This document shows positions 9,087 to 19,579 of a DNA stretch of 64,000 nucleotides, one piece after another. Within the stretch, counting starts at the first letter, position 1. Every line of letters begins with the position of its first letter. Location of the stretch: the NCBI GenBank assembly GCA_041287245.1, contig JBEULP010000117.1, positions 1 to 64,000 on the forward strand, read 5' to 3'. Origin of the DNA: Infirmifilum sp. (GTDB lineage: Archaea; Thermoproteota; Thermoprotei; Thermofilales; Thermofilaceae). The position numbers and the translations under genes were made by a program. The notes under the pieces are model-generated. The model did not search any database, had not been told where the DNA came from, and saw nothing but the letters and a program-made list of their open reading frames with translations.

Positions 9087-11744
9087 ATGATGAGTAGCGT
9101 GCCTAAGGTTGTCGCGGGTGTGAAATTTGGAGTTCTTTCACCAGATATGATTCGTAAGCTAGCTGTGATGCGCGTCGAGACTTCGGAGCTCTACGACGAA
9201 GAGGGATTTCCTATACCGGGCGGGTTAATGGATCGGAGGCTTGGCTCCATCGAGCCTGGCACTGTCTGCCAGACCTGTGGAAACCGCGCTGTAAACTGTC
9301 CCGGTCACTTTGGATACATTGAGCTGGCGCGCCCGGTCATACACCCAGAGTTTGCACCTTATATTGCGAACCTTTTAAAGGCTACATGTAGACACTGTGG
9401 GCGAATAAAACTACCTCAGGACAAGCTTGAGACATGGAAGAAGCGTATAGACGTTGTAGCTAAGCACTGGCCCCCGCTTCGATATAAGTATACACAGGCT
9501 ATCATCAAGGAAGCTGCGAAGGTTCAAAAATGTCCACACTGTGGGAGGCCTCAATACAAGATAAAGCTTGAAAAACCCTATACCTTCTTCGAAGAGAGGG
9601 AGGGAGGACTTATTAAGCTTACACCTCTTGAGATAAGGGAAAGACTTGAGAGGATACCTAATGAAGATCTAGAGATCTTGGGTTTGGACCCGTCTGAGGC
9701 TAGGCCTGAATGGATGGTATTAAGGGTGCTTCCTGTAGTACCCCCCAGCGTAAGGCCATCCATCACGCTGGAGTCGGGAGATAGGAGCGAGGATGACCTC
9801 ACACATAAACTTGTGGACATTGTTCGCGTGAACCAGAGGCTGAAGGAAAGCATTGAAGCTGGCTCGCCACCCCTAATAATTGAAGACCTCTGGGGTCTTT
9901 TGCAATATCACGTAGCAACCTATTTTAACAATGAACTACCAGGCGTGCCCCCGGCTAAACACCGCTCTGGACGCCCGCTGCGCACGCTTGCCCAAAGGCT
10001 TAAGGGTAAAGAGGGAAGGTTCAGGGGGAGTCTCGCGGGTAAGCGTGTAGACTTCTCGGCTAGAACGGTTATATCCCCAGATCCCAACTTAAGCATTAAT
10101 GAGGTTGGAGTCCCAGAGGATGTAGCTAAAGTGCTAACGGTTCCTGAGAAAGTCACTCAGTGGAACCTCGAGAAGCTTAGGAGGCTTGTCATTAACGGTC
10201 CTGAGGAATGGCCCGGAGCCAACTATATAATTAGACCGGACGGGTCCCGCATTGATTTGAGGTATGTAAGGCACCGCGAAGAAGTGGCTCAGACGCTGAA
10301 GCCAGGCTTTATAGTCGAGAGGCACTTACAAGACGGAGATATTGTTCTATTTAACAGGCAGCCATCTCTTCACCGCATGTCCATAATGGCTCACATAGTG
10401 AAAGTCTTACCCTACAAGACTTTCCGGTTAAATCTTCTCGTAACAATTCCGTATAACGCCGACTTCGACGGTGACGAGATGAACCTTCACGTTCCGCAAA
10501 ACGAGGAGGCACAAGCTGAGGCTAGGACTCTCATGCTTGTCCAGGAACACATAATGACACCAAGGTATGGTGCTCCAATCATAGGTGCTATACACGACTA
10601 TATTACGGGAGCCTACCTTCTCACAAGGAAGGACACCCTATTCGACAAGCATAGGGCTGCCATGCTTCTCTACAATGCCAAGTACAGTGGAGCTCTTCCT
10701 GAACCAGCAGTCTTGAAACCCGGTCCCTACTGGACAGGAAAACAGCTGGTCAGCGTTTTCCTACCGTCCGACATGAACTACGTGGGTCGAGCCGCAGTGG
10801 CGCCCGTGTCTGGGAAGTGTGACCAGGAATATTGTGAGAACGATGGATACATTCTTATCAAAAATGGGAAACTTCTCTTAGGCGTCATAGATAAACAGGC
10901 TATAGGTGCAGAAAAACACGGGACAGTTCTCCACGAGTTGATTCGCGAATATGGGGTTGAGAAAGCCAAGGAGATAATGGACGGGTTGTATAAGATGTTT
11001 ATTATTTATCTCGATATACACGGATTCACGATGGGTCTAGACAGTATCGATATACCTCAGGAGGCTCAGAACGATATAGCGAAAACTTTACGGGAAGCTG
11101 AACAAAGGGTCTTCGAATTAATCGAAAAGTATAGGAGAGGCGAGTTACAACCCATGCCTGGAAAGACGAGAAGAGAAACGCTGGAAGATTTAATCATGAA
11201 TGTCTTGGCTGAGGCTCGAAGTCGGGCAGGAGAAATAGCTGGAGCCTATCTGGGGCTTAAAAACCATGCCGTTATAATGGCCAAGACGGGAGCGAGAGGC
11301 AGCCTGCTTAATCTTACTCAAATGGCAGCTACCGTCGGGCAGCAGTCAGTTAGAGGTAAGAGGATCGAGCGTGGCTATACTGAACGCACGCTGTCGCACT
11401 TTGAAAGGGGGGAGCTTTCTCCAGCGGCAAAGGGCTTTGTCTACAGAAGCTTTAGGCAGGGACTAACACCAGTCGAGTTCTTTTTCCACGCTGTCTCGGG
11501 AAGAGAAGGACTCGTGGATACTGCGGTTCGCACAGCGCAAAGTGGGTATATGTATAGAAGGCTGCAGAGCGCAATACAAGACTTTTATGTCGCATACGAT
11601 GGGACGGTACGTAACAGTGAAGGTATGATTATCCAGTTCCGCTACGGAGAGGATGGCGTTGACCCGGCGAGAAGCGATCACGGTAAGCCTGTTGACGTGG
11701 AAAAACTTGTAAAGAAGATGATAGCTCTAAGGGGGGAGGCTTAA
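9087..11744 (+). CDS. rpoA1: RNA polymerase subunit Rpo1N (A')
   Basis: CPGHFG, catalytic [24 protein letters not shown]. Confidence 0.99.
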   Translation: MMSSVPKVVAGVKFGVLSPDMIRKLAVMRVETSELYDEEGFPIPGGLMDRRLGSIEPGTVCQTCGNRAVNCPGHFGYIELARPVIHPEFAPYIANLLKATCRHCGRIKLPQDKLETWKKRIDVVAKHWPPLRYKYTQAIIKEAAKVQKCPHCGRPQYKIKLEKPYTFFEEREGGLIKLTPLEIRERLERIPNEDLEILGLDPSEARPEWMVLRVLPVVPPSVRPSITLESGDRSEDDLTHKLVDIVRVNQRLKESIEAGSPPLIIEDLWGLLQYHVATYFNNELPGVPPAKHRSGRPLRTLAQRLKGKEGRFRGSLAGKRVDFSARTVISPDPNLSINEVGVPEDVAKVLTVPEKVTQWNLEKLRRLVINGPEEWPGANYIIRPDGSRIDLRYVRHREEVAQTLKPGFIVERHLQDGDIVLFNRQPSLHRMSIMAHIVKVLPYKTFRLNLLVTIPYNADFDGDEMNLHVPQNEEAQAEARTLMLVQEHIMTPRYGAPIIGAIHDYITGAYLLTRKDTLFDKHRAAMLLYNAKYSGALPEPAVLKPGPYWTGKQLVSVFLPSDMNYVGRAAVAPVSGKCDQEYCENDGYILIKNGKLLLGVIDKQAIGAEKHGTVLHELIREYGVEKAKEIMDGLYKMFIIYLDIHGFTMGLDSIDIPQEAQNDIAKTLREAEQRVFELIEKYRRGELQPMPGKTRRETLEDLIMNVLAEARSRAGEIAGAYLGLKNHAVIMAKTGARGSLLNLTQMAATVGQQSVRGKRIERGYTERTLSHFERGELSPAAKGFVYRSFRQGLTPVEFFFHAVSGREGLVDTAVRTAQSGYMYRRLQSAIQDFYVAYDGTVRNSEGMIIQFRYGEDGVDPARSDHGKPVDVEKLVKKMIALRGEA

Positions 11745-12958
11745 TGAGAGTTCCAATATCTGATGAGGAACTTTGGAGCGAGATCGAAAAATACCATGAT
11801 ATGCTACCTCTTTCGCTTCGCAAAGAACTCTACGAGAAAATAAGACTGTACGGTTTAACGCGTGAAGAAGCATTAGCGGTGCTGGAAGAAGCTGTCCGCA
11901 GGTATCTCTCGAGTCTAGTCTCTCCTGGAGAAGCTGTTGGAATGGTGGCTGCGCAATCAGTCGGGGAGCCAGCTACACAGATGACGTTGAGGACATTCCA
12001 CTTTGCTGGCGTGCGCGAGTTGAACGTGACTCTAGGGCTTCCCAGGCTGATTGAAATTGTAGATCTTAGGCGTGAGCCCTCAACCCCCCTCATGGAGATA
12101 TATTTGGAGTCTGAGATAGCTAAAAACGAACAAGAAGCGTTAAGGATTGCACGGGAGATCGAGCTTACCACGGTCGAGTCACTATGTAAAAGCGTTATAA
12201 TGGATTATTACGAGAAAAGCATCATACTAGAGCTGGATCAAGAGATGATGGAGAACCGGGAGGTAACTGTTGAGGATATTGTTAAAGCTTTAAACCGTGT
12301 AAAAGGCAAGAAGGGAAAGGTTGAAGTTTCAGAGGATGGTTCAACGGTCACATTCTATACAGGGCTAGAGGATCTGAGCAGGTTCCGACGTATGTACGAT
12401 AGAGTTCTGGGCCTACGTGTAAAAGGTATAAAAGGTATTCGACATGCCATTGTTAAACCTGTTCGAGATGATAACGGCGAACTGAAAGAGTATGTTATAC
12501 TTACAGAGGGTAGTAACCTTCAAGCGGTTCTAAACGTAGAGGGTGTTGACCCTCGACGGACAAGAACCAACAATATTCTAGAAATATATGAGGTGCTGGG
12601 AGTTGAAGCTGCTAGGATGGCGATAATTAACGAAATAAAAAAGGTGTTGGATGAACACGGGCTTGACGTGGATTATAGGCATATCCTTATGGTTGCAGAT
12701 GCTATGACCTATACTGGTAAGGTGCGGCAGGTTGGGCGTCACGGGGTTGCGGGCGAAAAGGGCAGCATACTAGCACGTGCTAGCTTCGAGGTTACAGTGA
12801 AAAATCTGATCGAAGCGGCTCTAAGAGGCGAAGTCGACGAGCTTAAAGGCGTGATAGAAAACGTTATAATAGAGAGTAAACCTATTCCGGTAGGAACAGG
12901 TGCTGTAAAACTAAAAATGATGTATCAATCCCACTCTGATGAAGGTGAGTCTAAATGA
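11744..12958 (+). CDS. rpoA2: RNA polymerase subunit Rpo1C (A'')
   Basis: [35 protein letters not shown]. Confidence 0.98.
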   Translation: MRVPISDEELWSEIEKYHDMLPLSLRKELYEKIRLYGLTREEALAVLEEAVRRYLSSLVSPGEAVGMVAAQSVGEPATQMTLRTFHFAGVRELNVTLGLPRLIEIVDLRREPSTPLMEIYLESEIAKNEQEALRIAREIELTTVESLCKSVIMDYYEKSIILELDQEMMENREVTVEDIVKALNRVKGKKGKVEVSEDGSTVTFYTGLEDLSRFRRMYDRVLGLRVKGIKGIRHAIVKPVRDDNGELKEYVILTEGSNLQAVLNVEGVDPRRTRTNNILEIYEVLGVEAARMAIINEIKKVLDEHGLDVDYRHILMVADAMTYTGKVRQVGRHGVAGEKGSILARASFEVTVKNLIEAALRGEVDELKGVIENVIIESKPIPVGTGAVKLKMMYQSHSDEGESK

Positions 12959-13278
12959 GTAGTATCGATATAGTAAGGGAGCTGCAGACGGTTCTTAAGA
13001 CAGGAAAGGCCGTATTAGGTCATAGAAGCGCATACAAGGCAGTTGTTAACGGTAAGGCTAAGCTCTTAATTCTAGCGCGGAACGCTCCCAGCGACATAGC
13101 TGAAGATTTAAAGACCTATGCCTCTCTAGCACAGGTTCCTGTGTACGTATTTAATGGAAGCAGTAGAGAGTTAGGCGCTGCTTGCAATAAACCCTTTTTG
13201 GTCTCGGCTATAGCAATACTAGATCCCGGCGAGAGTAATATTCTATTTCTTGCACAGCCAAACCAGGGAGAAACATGA
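12955..13278 (+). CDS. rpl30e: Ribosomal protein L30e
   Basis: [25 protein letters not shown]; conserved position after rpoA2. Confidence 0.96.
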   Translation: MSSIDIVRELQTVLKTGKAVLGHRSAYKAVVNGKAKLLILARNAPSDIAEDLKTYASLAQVPVYVFNGSSRELGAACNKPFLVSAIAILDPGESNILFLAQPNQGET

Positions 13279-13730
13279 GCCAGCCGTCCGTCGGCAGAAG
13301 ACTAAGTAATGAAGAACTCCAATTGATGGGTCTTTTTGAGCAAATAACAAGTGTTCCACCGAAGGATTGTATAGTTGACACGCAGTATAATCGCTATATT
13401 TTCGTGGTCGGCAAGGGCCTTGCTGGGCTAGCTGTTGGAAAAAACGGTACCAAGATCAGGATGTTAAGGGATGCTTTCAAACGTGACGTTGAAGTGGTTG
13501 AAGAGGGAGAGACGATTGATGAGCTCACTAGAAACACCCTTTATCCAGCTAGAGTTGTTGATGTGAAACTTAAAAATGAGGGAAACAATAAATTTGTTAT
13601 AGCAGCGGTCGCCCCAGGACAGCTAGGCTTGGCGATTGGACGCCAAGGTAAAAACGCTTATCGGGCGAAGCTCCTTCTTTCGCGATACTTCGGTGTGTCA
13701 GATCTTCGCGTTGTCGAGTTCAGAACCTGA
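13275..13730 (+). CDS. nusA: Archaeal NusA (KH domains)
   Basis: GLAVGKNG and GLAIGRQGKN KH motifs; position after L30e. Confidence 0.95.
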   Translation: MSQPSVGRRLSNEELQLMGLFEQITSVPPKDCIVDTQYNRYIFVVGKGLAGLAVGKNGTKIRMLRDAFKRDVEVVEEGETIDELTRNTLYPARVVDVKLKNEGNNKFVIAAVAPGQLGLAIGRQGKNAYRAKLLLSRYFGVSDLRVVEFRT

Positions 13731-14024
13731 CCTTTTCACCACTCCCAGGGTTTTCATTCCCAGGGTTTTTCGCCTTTGGGCAATGCCTTAGCTGGTTTTA
13801 CGCCTTATCAAGTCCTAGGCGTGATTATCTTCCACTTAGAATTAGGAACCAACGAGGAGCTTATTTTTTTAGCTCTTGATGCCGAATGCGACCGGAAGCC
13901 TAAATGTTTTCCTAGTGTTTAAGCGGATACAAACCAGTTTTCTAAAACCCAGCTGCGAGTAGTTAGGCTTTCACAGGGACGTAAAACTTTTTAAGTATAA
14001 AAAGATGAGAATTCGCTGAGGTAT

Positions 14025-14468
14025 ATGCCTGGTAGTAAGTCACCAATGGGCATGTTTGCCGCACGTAAGCTAGAACAGAAAAGGAAGAAGTTCCGCTGGA
14101 GCGATCTAGAGTTCAAGAGGCGGGCTTTACAACTTAAGAAGAAAGTTGACCCTCTGGAAGGAGCACCGATGGCGCGAGGTATTGTTATTGAAAAAGTCGG
14201 GATTGAGAGCCGCCAGCCTAATAGCGCAGTTCGTAAATGTGTAAGGGTTCAGCTGATAAAAAATGGTAAGGTGGTTACTGCCTTTCTGCCGGGGGACGGC
14301 GCGCTCCTCTTTATAAATGAGCATGACGAAGTTATCATCGAAGGAATTGGCGGACCTGAGGGTAGGGCCTACGGTGACCTTCCAGGTGTAAGGTGGAAGG
14401 TTATAAAAGTAAACGGTGTCTCTTTAAACGAAATTCTCAGAGGACGAAAGCAGAAGCCCACGAGGTAA
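14025..14468 (+). CDS. rps12: Ribosomal protein S12 (uS12)
   Basis: [25 protein letters not shown]. Confidence 0.98.
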   Translation: MPGSKSPMGMFAARKLEQKRKKFRWSDLEFKRRALQLKKKVDPLEGAPMARGIVIEKVGIESRQPNSAVRKCVRVQLIKNGKVVTAFLPGDGALLFINEHDEVIIEGIGGPEGRAYGDLPGVRWKVIKVNGVSLNEILRGRKQKPTR

Positions 14469-14472
14469 ACTT

Positions 14473-15372
14473 ATGTCTAATACACCTTCCCTTCGCGTTC
14501 TTTCGAGTCGGGATAACACCTTGGAGATAGTCCTAGAAGGAACAACGCCTGCCTTTGCGAACAGCCTTAGAAGGGCGATTATATCTGAGGTTCCTACACT
14601 GGCTATAGATGAGGTAATATTTACTGAAAACACAAGCGTTTTTTGGGACGAGATGATAGCTCACAGGCTGGCCTTGATTCCCCTCAAGATGGATGTTGAA
14701 ATATATGATGCCTTAAGAGACTGCTACGAGAAGAGGGGAACCGACTGTCAGGTAATTTTCTCATTGTACGAGGAGGCTGTGGAGAGGCCTAAGACTGTTT
14801 TTAGCGGCCACCTTAGATTCGAGGGGGTTGAGGGGATAACTCTTCCAAACAAGGAATTCGTTATCGCGCCTGTGTCGAAGTATATCCCGATAATCAAGCT
14901 GAATAAGGGGCAGAGGCTGGTTCTCACAGCTATAGCCAGAATGGGTGTAGGCAGGGATCACGCGAAATGGCAACCTGTATCCGCGGTAGGTTACAAGTAC
15001 AAGCCTGTGATCAGGATACTAAAGCCTGAGATCCCCGAGGAGGAGGCTAATAAAGTGATAAATGTTTGTCCGCGCAGGATATTCGGCTATACCGGCGGCA
15101 GACTCGTAGTCCTGAACGAGAATGCCTGTTCTCTTTGCCGTGAATGTGTCGAGAAATTTCCCAGCATAGTTCAGGTTGAAGGAGATAGATCCACAATAAT
15201 GCTTTCAGTAGAGTCCATCGGCAGTCTGCCTCCAAGTAAAATACTTGATGTAGCTATTGAGATTCTTTCGCAACGTCTTGAGAACCTCTACTCTAAAACC
15301 GTGGAAGCCGTTAACGCTTTCCTAGCCCCCACCCCTTCAGAGGAGGCTAGCAGCTCTAGGCAAAGTTTTTAA
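14473..15372 (+). CDS. rpoD: RNA polymerase subunit Rpo3 (D) with Fe-S domain
   Basis: FANSLRR, EMIAHRLALIP, HAKWQP, CPRR...CSLCREC. Confidence 0.96.
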   Translation: MSNTPSLRVLSSRDNTLEIVLEGTTPAFANSLRRAIISEVPTLAIDEVIFTENTSVFWDEMIAHRLALIPLKMDVEIYDALRDCYEKRGTDCQVIFSLYEEAVERPKTVFSGHLRFEGVEGITLPNKEFVIAPVSKYIPIIKLNKGQRLVLTAIARMGVGRDHAKWQPVSAVGYKYKPVIRILKPEIPEEEANKVINVCPRRIFGYTGGRLVVLNENACSLCRECVEKFPSIVQVEGDRSTIMLSVESIGSLPPSKILDVAIEILSQRLENLYSKTVEAVNAFLAPTPSEEASSSRQSF

Positions 15373-15406
15373 CTGTTGAAAAAAATGAAGAAAGGGGTTA
15401 GGATAT

Positions 15407-15754
15407 ATGCGTAAAACAATGTCAACAAACATCTACATGCGCCGGCTAATCCATGCATTGAAGAAGCAAGGCGCCCCACTCTGGCGCGAGGTCGCAGAAT
15501 ATCTCTCACGGCCCCGCCGTAAACGTATACAGGTTAACCTTAGCCGCATAAACAGGTATTCCGGAGACGGAGACATAGTTGTGGTTCCCGGAAAGGTGCT
15601 GGGAAGCGGTGTTTTGAGTAAAAAGGTCACCGTAGTCGCCTGGAGGTTTTCCGAGGAAGCTTATAAAAAGATCCAAAGCGTGGGGCGGGCTGTTCTACTA
15701 GAGGAGTTTTTGCAAACCAAGCCAGAGAGCAAAAATATAAAGATTATCACGTAA
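15407..15754 (+). CDS. rpl18e: Ribosomal protein L18e
   Basis: VNLSRINRY, VVPGKVLGSG. Confidence 0.96.
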   Translation: MRKTMSTNIYMRRLIHALKKQGAPLWREVAEYLSRPRRKRIQVNLSRINRYSGDGDIVVVPGKVLGSGVLSKKVTVVAWRFSEEAYKKIQSVGRAVLLEEFLQTKPESKNIKIIT

Positions 15755-15769
15755 GCAATGGGGGTATCT

Positions 15770-16231
15770 ATGAGCAGCGAGGTAGTTGTAATAGACGGGT
15801 CTGGGCACATTGCGGGAAGGCTGGCTAGCTACATCGCTAAGAACTTACTCATGGGCAAGCAGATAGTTGTTCTAAACGCTGAGAAGATAATAATCACCGG
15901 AAAACCCAACTCGATCGTCGCCAACTATCAGAAGAGATGGCTTGAGTGGAAGTCGTACTATAACCCTGAAAAACGCGGCCCCAAGTATCACAGGACACCT
16001 GACAGGCTTTTCAAGAGGATAGTTCGCGGAATGCTACCACACGACAAGCCTAGGGGTCGGGAGGCTCTAAAAAGACTCAGGGTCTACCTCGGAGTTCCCA
16101 AGGAGTTCAAAGACGTTAAAAGCATCAAGGTGGATGAGGCTCTCTTCAGAAACCCCTTCGTCTCATATATAACACTAGGCGAGCTTTACGCAAGGCTCTC
16201 AAACAGGGCTATTGTAGGTGAGTCCCTATGA
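15770..16231 (+). CDS. rpl13: Ribosomal protein L13 (uL13)
   Basis: GRLAS, VRGMLPH, RLRVYLGVP. Confidence 0.97.
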   Translation: MSSEVVVIDGSGHIAGRLASYIAKNLLMGKQIVVLNAEKIIITGKPNSIVANYQKRWLEWKSYYNPEKRGPKYHRTPDRLFKRIVRGMLPHDKPRGREALKRLRVYLGVPKEFKDVKSIKVDEALFRNPFVSYITLGELYARLSNRAIVGESL

Positions 16232-16626
16232 AGGTTCTTTTATCTTCTGCGAGGAGAAAAACAGCTAGAGCAAGAGTAGTGGTAAAGGAGGGTAAGGGAA
16301 GGGTCTTCATAAATGGAACTCCCTTAGAAGTCCTAGAGCCTGAAGTAGTTAGGCTGAAGATAATGGAACCAATAGTTCTAGCCGGCGATCTTGCGAAATC
16401 TGTCGATATCTACGCCGAGGCAGAAGGAGGAGGGGTTATAGGCCAGGCCTCAGCTATACGAACAGCTATAGCCCGGGCTCTCGTGGAGTGGAGTGGTAAT
16501 GAAGAGCTGAAGAAGACATATCTGGCTTACGACAGACGCTTGCTGGTTGAAGATCCAAGGCAGACAGAGCCTAAAAAACCGCATGGGCGCTCCGCACGTG
16601 CAAAAAGACAGAAGAGCTACCGATAG
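16228..16626 (+). CDS. rps9: Ribosomal protein S9 (uS9)
   Basis: RKTARA, GGGVIGQA, ARAKRQKSYR. Confidence 0.98.
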   Translation: MKVLLSSARRKTARARVVVKEGKGRVFINGTPLEVLEPEVVRLKIMEPIVLAGDLAKSVDIYAEAEGGGVIGQASAIRTAIARALVEWSGNEELKKTYLAYDRRLLVEDPRQTEPKKPHGRSARAKRQKSYR

Positions 16627-16632
16627 CTGAAA

Positions 16633-16854
16633 TTATTTATAGGGCAGGAACAGTTCTTCTATCCTTTCATACTCAAGTATACGGTCTACTAGGTCCACAT
16701 GGGATAGAAACATCCTTCGACAACAATACCTTTTTACCCCGAGGTCGTTGAGAACCTTTTCAGGATCTTCTCCATTATGAACACGGGTTGCGAAGTCATG
16801 CCATTTATCTCCTATAAGACTACCACATGTAAAACACCGCACAGGGAAAATCAC
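16633..16854 (-). CDS. rpoN: RNA polymerase subunit Rpo10 (N)
   Basis: [20 protein letters not shown] start at 16854 after GGTGG. Confidence 0.96.
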   Translation of the reverse strand: MIFPVRCFTCGSLIGDKWHDFATRVHNGEDPEKVLNDLGVKRYCCRRMFLSHVDLVDRILEYERIEELFLPYK

Positions 16855-17037
16855 AATATGCCACCATTCTCTCGCCATAACTCCTACTTATAAACATTTT
16901 GTTTTCTTTGGTTGCATTTACTATAAATCATTGTGGCTGCTCCAGGGTTATAACACAACGCTTCTAAGTTTTTGGCTCAAGGTGAAGTAACGCTTTTTAT
17001 ACTTCGTTGTTTCCGGATAAACCAGGAGGGTAGCTTT

Positions 17038-17634
17038 GTGAGAACAAAACTTTCGCGCGCAATCCTAGAATCCCTCCAGAAGCCGACTGTCTTGACACTT
17101 AAAATAAGTGACGAAGACCGTGAGACTTTCTACAGCGAGCTTTTAGAATTCTCAAGGAAGATCGGACGTAATATCCTCATACTCTCCTCTATATACCGGG
17201 GTACGGGAAAGCCGTACATCTCGGAGTCAAACATTATAAGAGCTTTTAACTCGGTTCTTACAAGCCTAAACCCCCCTGTCGCTAGGCTGTTTGCGGGGCT
17301 AGACTTTCAAAATGTGGCTAAACTGCTAGACACGTGCTACACGCTAGCCATTGAGAACTACGACAAACAGTGCGCTGAACTTTATAGGGCCCTGTCTTAC
17401 CTGATTGAAAGCATTTCAAAAGAACCCACCGTACAAGGCGAAGTATCCACATTGAACACTTGCCCTCCAGATAATATAACTCTATTTCTCCTTCTTGAAG
17501 CGCTAAACAACCAAACACAAGGCCATCCTGCAATAGTGGTCATAGACTGTCCCCTCCAGCGCTACGACCCAGCAATCCTCAACAAACATCTGACTACAAC
17601 GCGAAATCTAAACCCTATAATTCTACTCGAATAA
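17038..17634 (+). CDS. Hypothetical protein
   Basis: Long ORF filling an otherwise empty gap; SD GGAGGG before GTG 17038; no family recognised. Confidence 0.6.
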   Translation: MRTKLSRAILESLQKPTVLTLKISDEDRETFYSELLEFSRKIGRNILILSSIYRGTGKPYISESNIIRAFNSVLTSLNPPVARLFAGLDFQNVAKLLDTCYTLAIENYDKQCAELYRALSYLIESISKEPTVQGEVSTLNTCPPDNITLFLLLEALNNQTQGHPAIVVIDCPLQRYDPAILNKHLTTTRNLNPIILLE

Positions 17635-17677
17635 AGCCAATAAAAGATCTGTCTTCTCAAATTTTTAGCAAAACAAG

Positions 17678-17801
17678 TGGGCCCGCCGGGATTTGAACCC
17701 GGGATTCAGCATGCGGCTTCGGAAAGCCGCACTCCACCACCGTGTCCCGCGCGCGAATAGCGTGAGTCAGGGTGGCATCCTAGCCACTAGACGACGGGCC
17801 C
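17678..17801 (-). tRNA. tRNA-Val(GAC) with two non-canonical introns (about 36/37, 22 nt, 17744-17765; 46/47, 29 nt, 17705-17733)
   Basis: Removing both gives CCACC CT GAC AC GGTGG TGGTC CCGGG, near-identical to the Val(CAC) body; second intron is a strong hairpin GTGCGGCTT/AAGCCGCAT. Confidence 0.9.
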
Positions 17802-18018
17802 TCGGGTAGTGAAAATAAAGTCTTCTTAATTTATTTTTCGCATTGACGAACACCTACGCCCACACCTCCCAGTGGTTTCTGGGGTTCGTCTTAACGTTCA
17901 TCTCTGTGGTGGATCAGGGGAGCTTTCATAGTTGACAAGTAGGGCGGGTGTACTCGTGGAAATATTTAAAAATATAACCAGTATTATGTCGTAGCTTTAG
18001 TAGTCTGAGGTGTAAGCT

Positions 18019-18663
18019 TTGAGCTTAGACGAGTTGAAGATAGCTGAAGGAGAGCTGTTAATACCCCTAGAGATGTACTTGACAGCAGGTGTGCGTATTG
18101 GTACAAGGATGAAGAGCAAGTTTATGGAGCCCTACATATACGCTGCAAGGCCCGATGGCCTTTATCTACTGGATGTTAAGAAGACGGATGAGAGGATCAG
18201 AATTGCAGCACGTTTCATAGCACGCTACGAGCCCAGCAGGGTTATCGCAGTTTCAGGAAGGCAATACGGGTTTAGGCCTGTTCGTAAGTTCTGCGGTCTT
18301 GTAGGTTGCAAGCCAATCGTCGGGCGGGTATTACCCGGGACCTTCACCAACCCTGCCCTGCAACACTACACCGAGGCTGACCTCATGATCGTCACGGATC
18401 CCCGAGTTGACGAACAGGCTATCGTTGAGGCCGGTATGGTTGGAATTCCTGTAATCGCGCTCTGCGACAGCGATTCCCCCATAACCAACGTGGATCTTGT
18501 TATACCTACGAATAATAGGGGTAGAAAGGCGCTTGCACTCATCTACTGGCTCTTAGCTAGGGAAGTCCTTAGGGCCCGAGGCGACATCCCGCCGACAGGA
18601 GAGTTAACTGTTCCCCTGTCGGACTTCGAGGCAAAGATTCTTACTACAGGGGAAGTCGTTTAA
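18019..18663 (+). CDS. rps2: Ribosomal protein S2 (uS2)
   Basis: YLTAGVRIG, PGTFTNP, IPTNNRG. Confidence 0.97.
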   Translation: MSLDELKIAEGELLIPLEMYLTAGVRIGTRMKSKFMEPYIYAARPDGLYLLDVKKTDERIRIAARFIARYEPSRVIAVSGRQYGFRPVRKFCGLVGCKPIVGRVLPGTFTNPALQHYTEADLMIVTDPRVDEQAIVEAGMVGIPVIALCDSDSPITNVDLVIPTNNRGRKALALIYWLLAREVLRARGDIPPTGELTVPLSDFEAKILTTGEVV

Positions 18664-18710
18664 GACTAATCTTGTGAATATTTTTATGCCTCCTAGCTAT
18701 TGCTACAAAT

Positions 18711-19568
18711 ATGGTTTCAAAAAGATATCCTGTTCAAGCAGGTTACTTTTATCCTAAAGATCCCGAAGATCTTCGGGAATCGATTAGGCTGGCTTTCCTA
18801 CATAAACTCGGCCCCCAGCAACAGCCTCCCATCCCTTCAACCTACAACGGAAGCATCATAGGCATTGTCTCCCCCCACGCTGGTTATGTTTACTCAGGCC
18901 ATGTAGCTGCACACGGGTATCTTGCCCTGGCTATGGGTGGAAAGCCCGATACCGTCGTGGTTATAGGTCCGAACCACCATGCTCTAGGGGCGCCTATAGC
19001 CTTTGACGAGAACGAATACTGGATCACACCTCTCGGCGAGGTAGCGGTTGATTTTGATTTAGAAAAAGAGATGGCCTCTGTTGAACCTCTCTTTAGATTT
19101 GACCTGGCGGCGCATATGTATGAGCATTCAATCGAGGTGCAGGTACCTTTTCTACAATTCATTTTCGGTGGCGATTTTAAGCTTATACCAATTTCAATGA
19201 TGCTTCAAACCCCAGAAGCCGCTAGGAGAATTGCCCAAGCCATCGCCAAGGTTATGAGCGAACACGGAGTAAAGTTCTACGTGGTCGCGAGCTCCGACAT
19301 GAGTCACTATGTCGAGTCTAGCGTGGCCTTCAAGAAAGATAGTATCGCCATTGATAGGATAAAGGAGCTCGACTCGGAAGGGCTTTACAGGGCTGTAATT
19401 GAAGAAGATATCTCTATGTGCGGGTATGGTCCCGTAATGACTGCGATTGAGACTGCTAAGCTTACAGGTCATAAAAGGGTTGAAGTTTTGAAGTATGCTG
19501 ATAGTGGAGATGTAACAGGTGATAAGAGCGAGGTTGTAGCTTATCTATCCCTAGCCTTTAAAAGATAA
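18711..19568 (+). CDS. MEMO1-family protein (AmmeMemoRadiSam protein B)
   Basis: AGYFYP, PHAGYVYSG, GPNH, EHSIEVQVPF, ASSDMSHY, SMCGYGP. Confidence 0.95.
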   Translation: MVSKRYPVQAGYFYPKDPEDLRESIRLAFLHKLGPQQQPPIPSTYNGSIIGIVSPHAGYVYSGHVAAHGYLALAMGGKPDTVVVIGPNHHALGAPIAFDENEYWITPLGEVAVDFDLEKEMASVEPLFRFDLAAHMYEHSIEVQVPFLQFIFGGDFKLIPISMMLQTPEAARRIAQAIAKVMSEHGVKFYVVASSDMSHYVESSVAFKKDSIAIDRIKELDSEGLYRAVIEEDISMCGYGPVMTAIETAKLTGHKRVEVLKYADSGDVTGDKSEVVAYLSLAFKR

Positions 19569-19579
19569 GGTGTAAAAAT

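Noticed and set aside
17846..17957. 5S rRNA or RNase P RNA
   Set aside because: Similar size to 5S, but its conserved motifs and those of RNase P P4 are missing; kept only as an unclassified candidate
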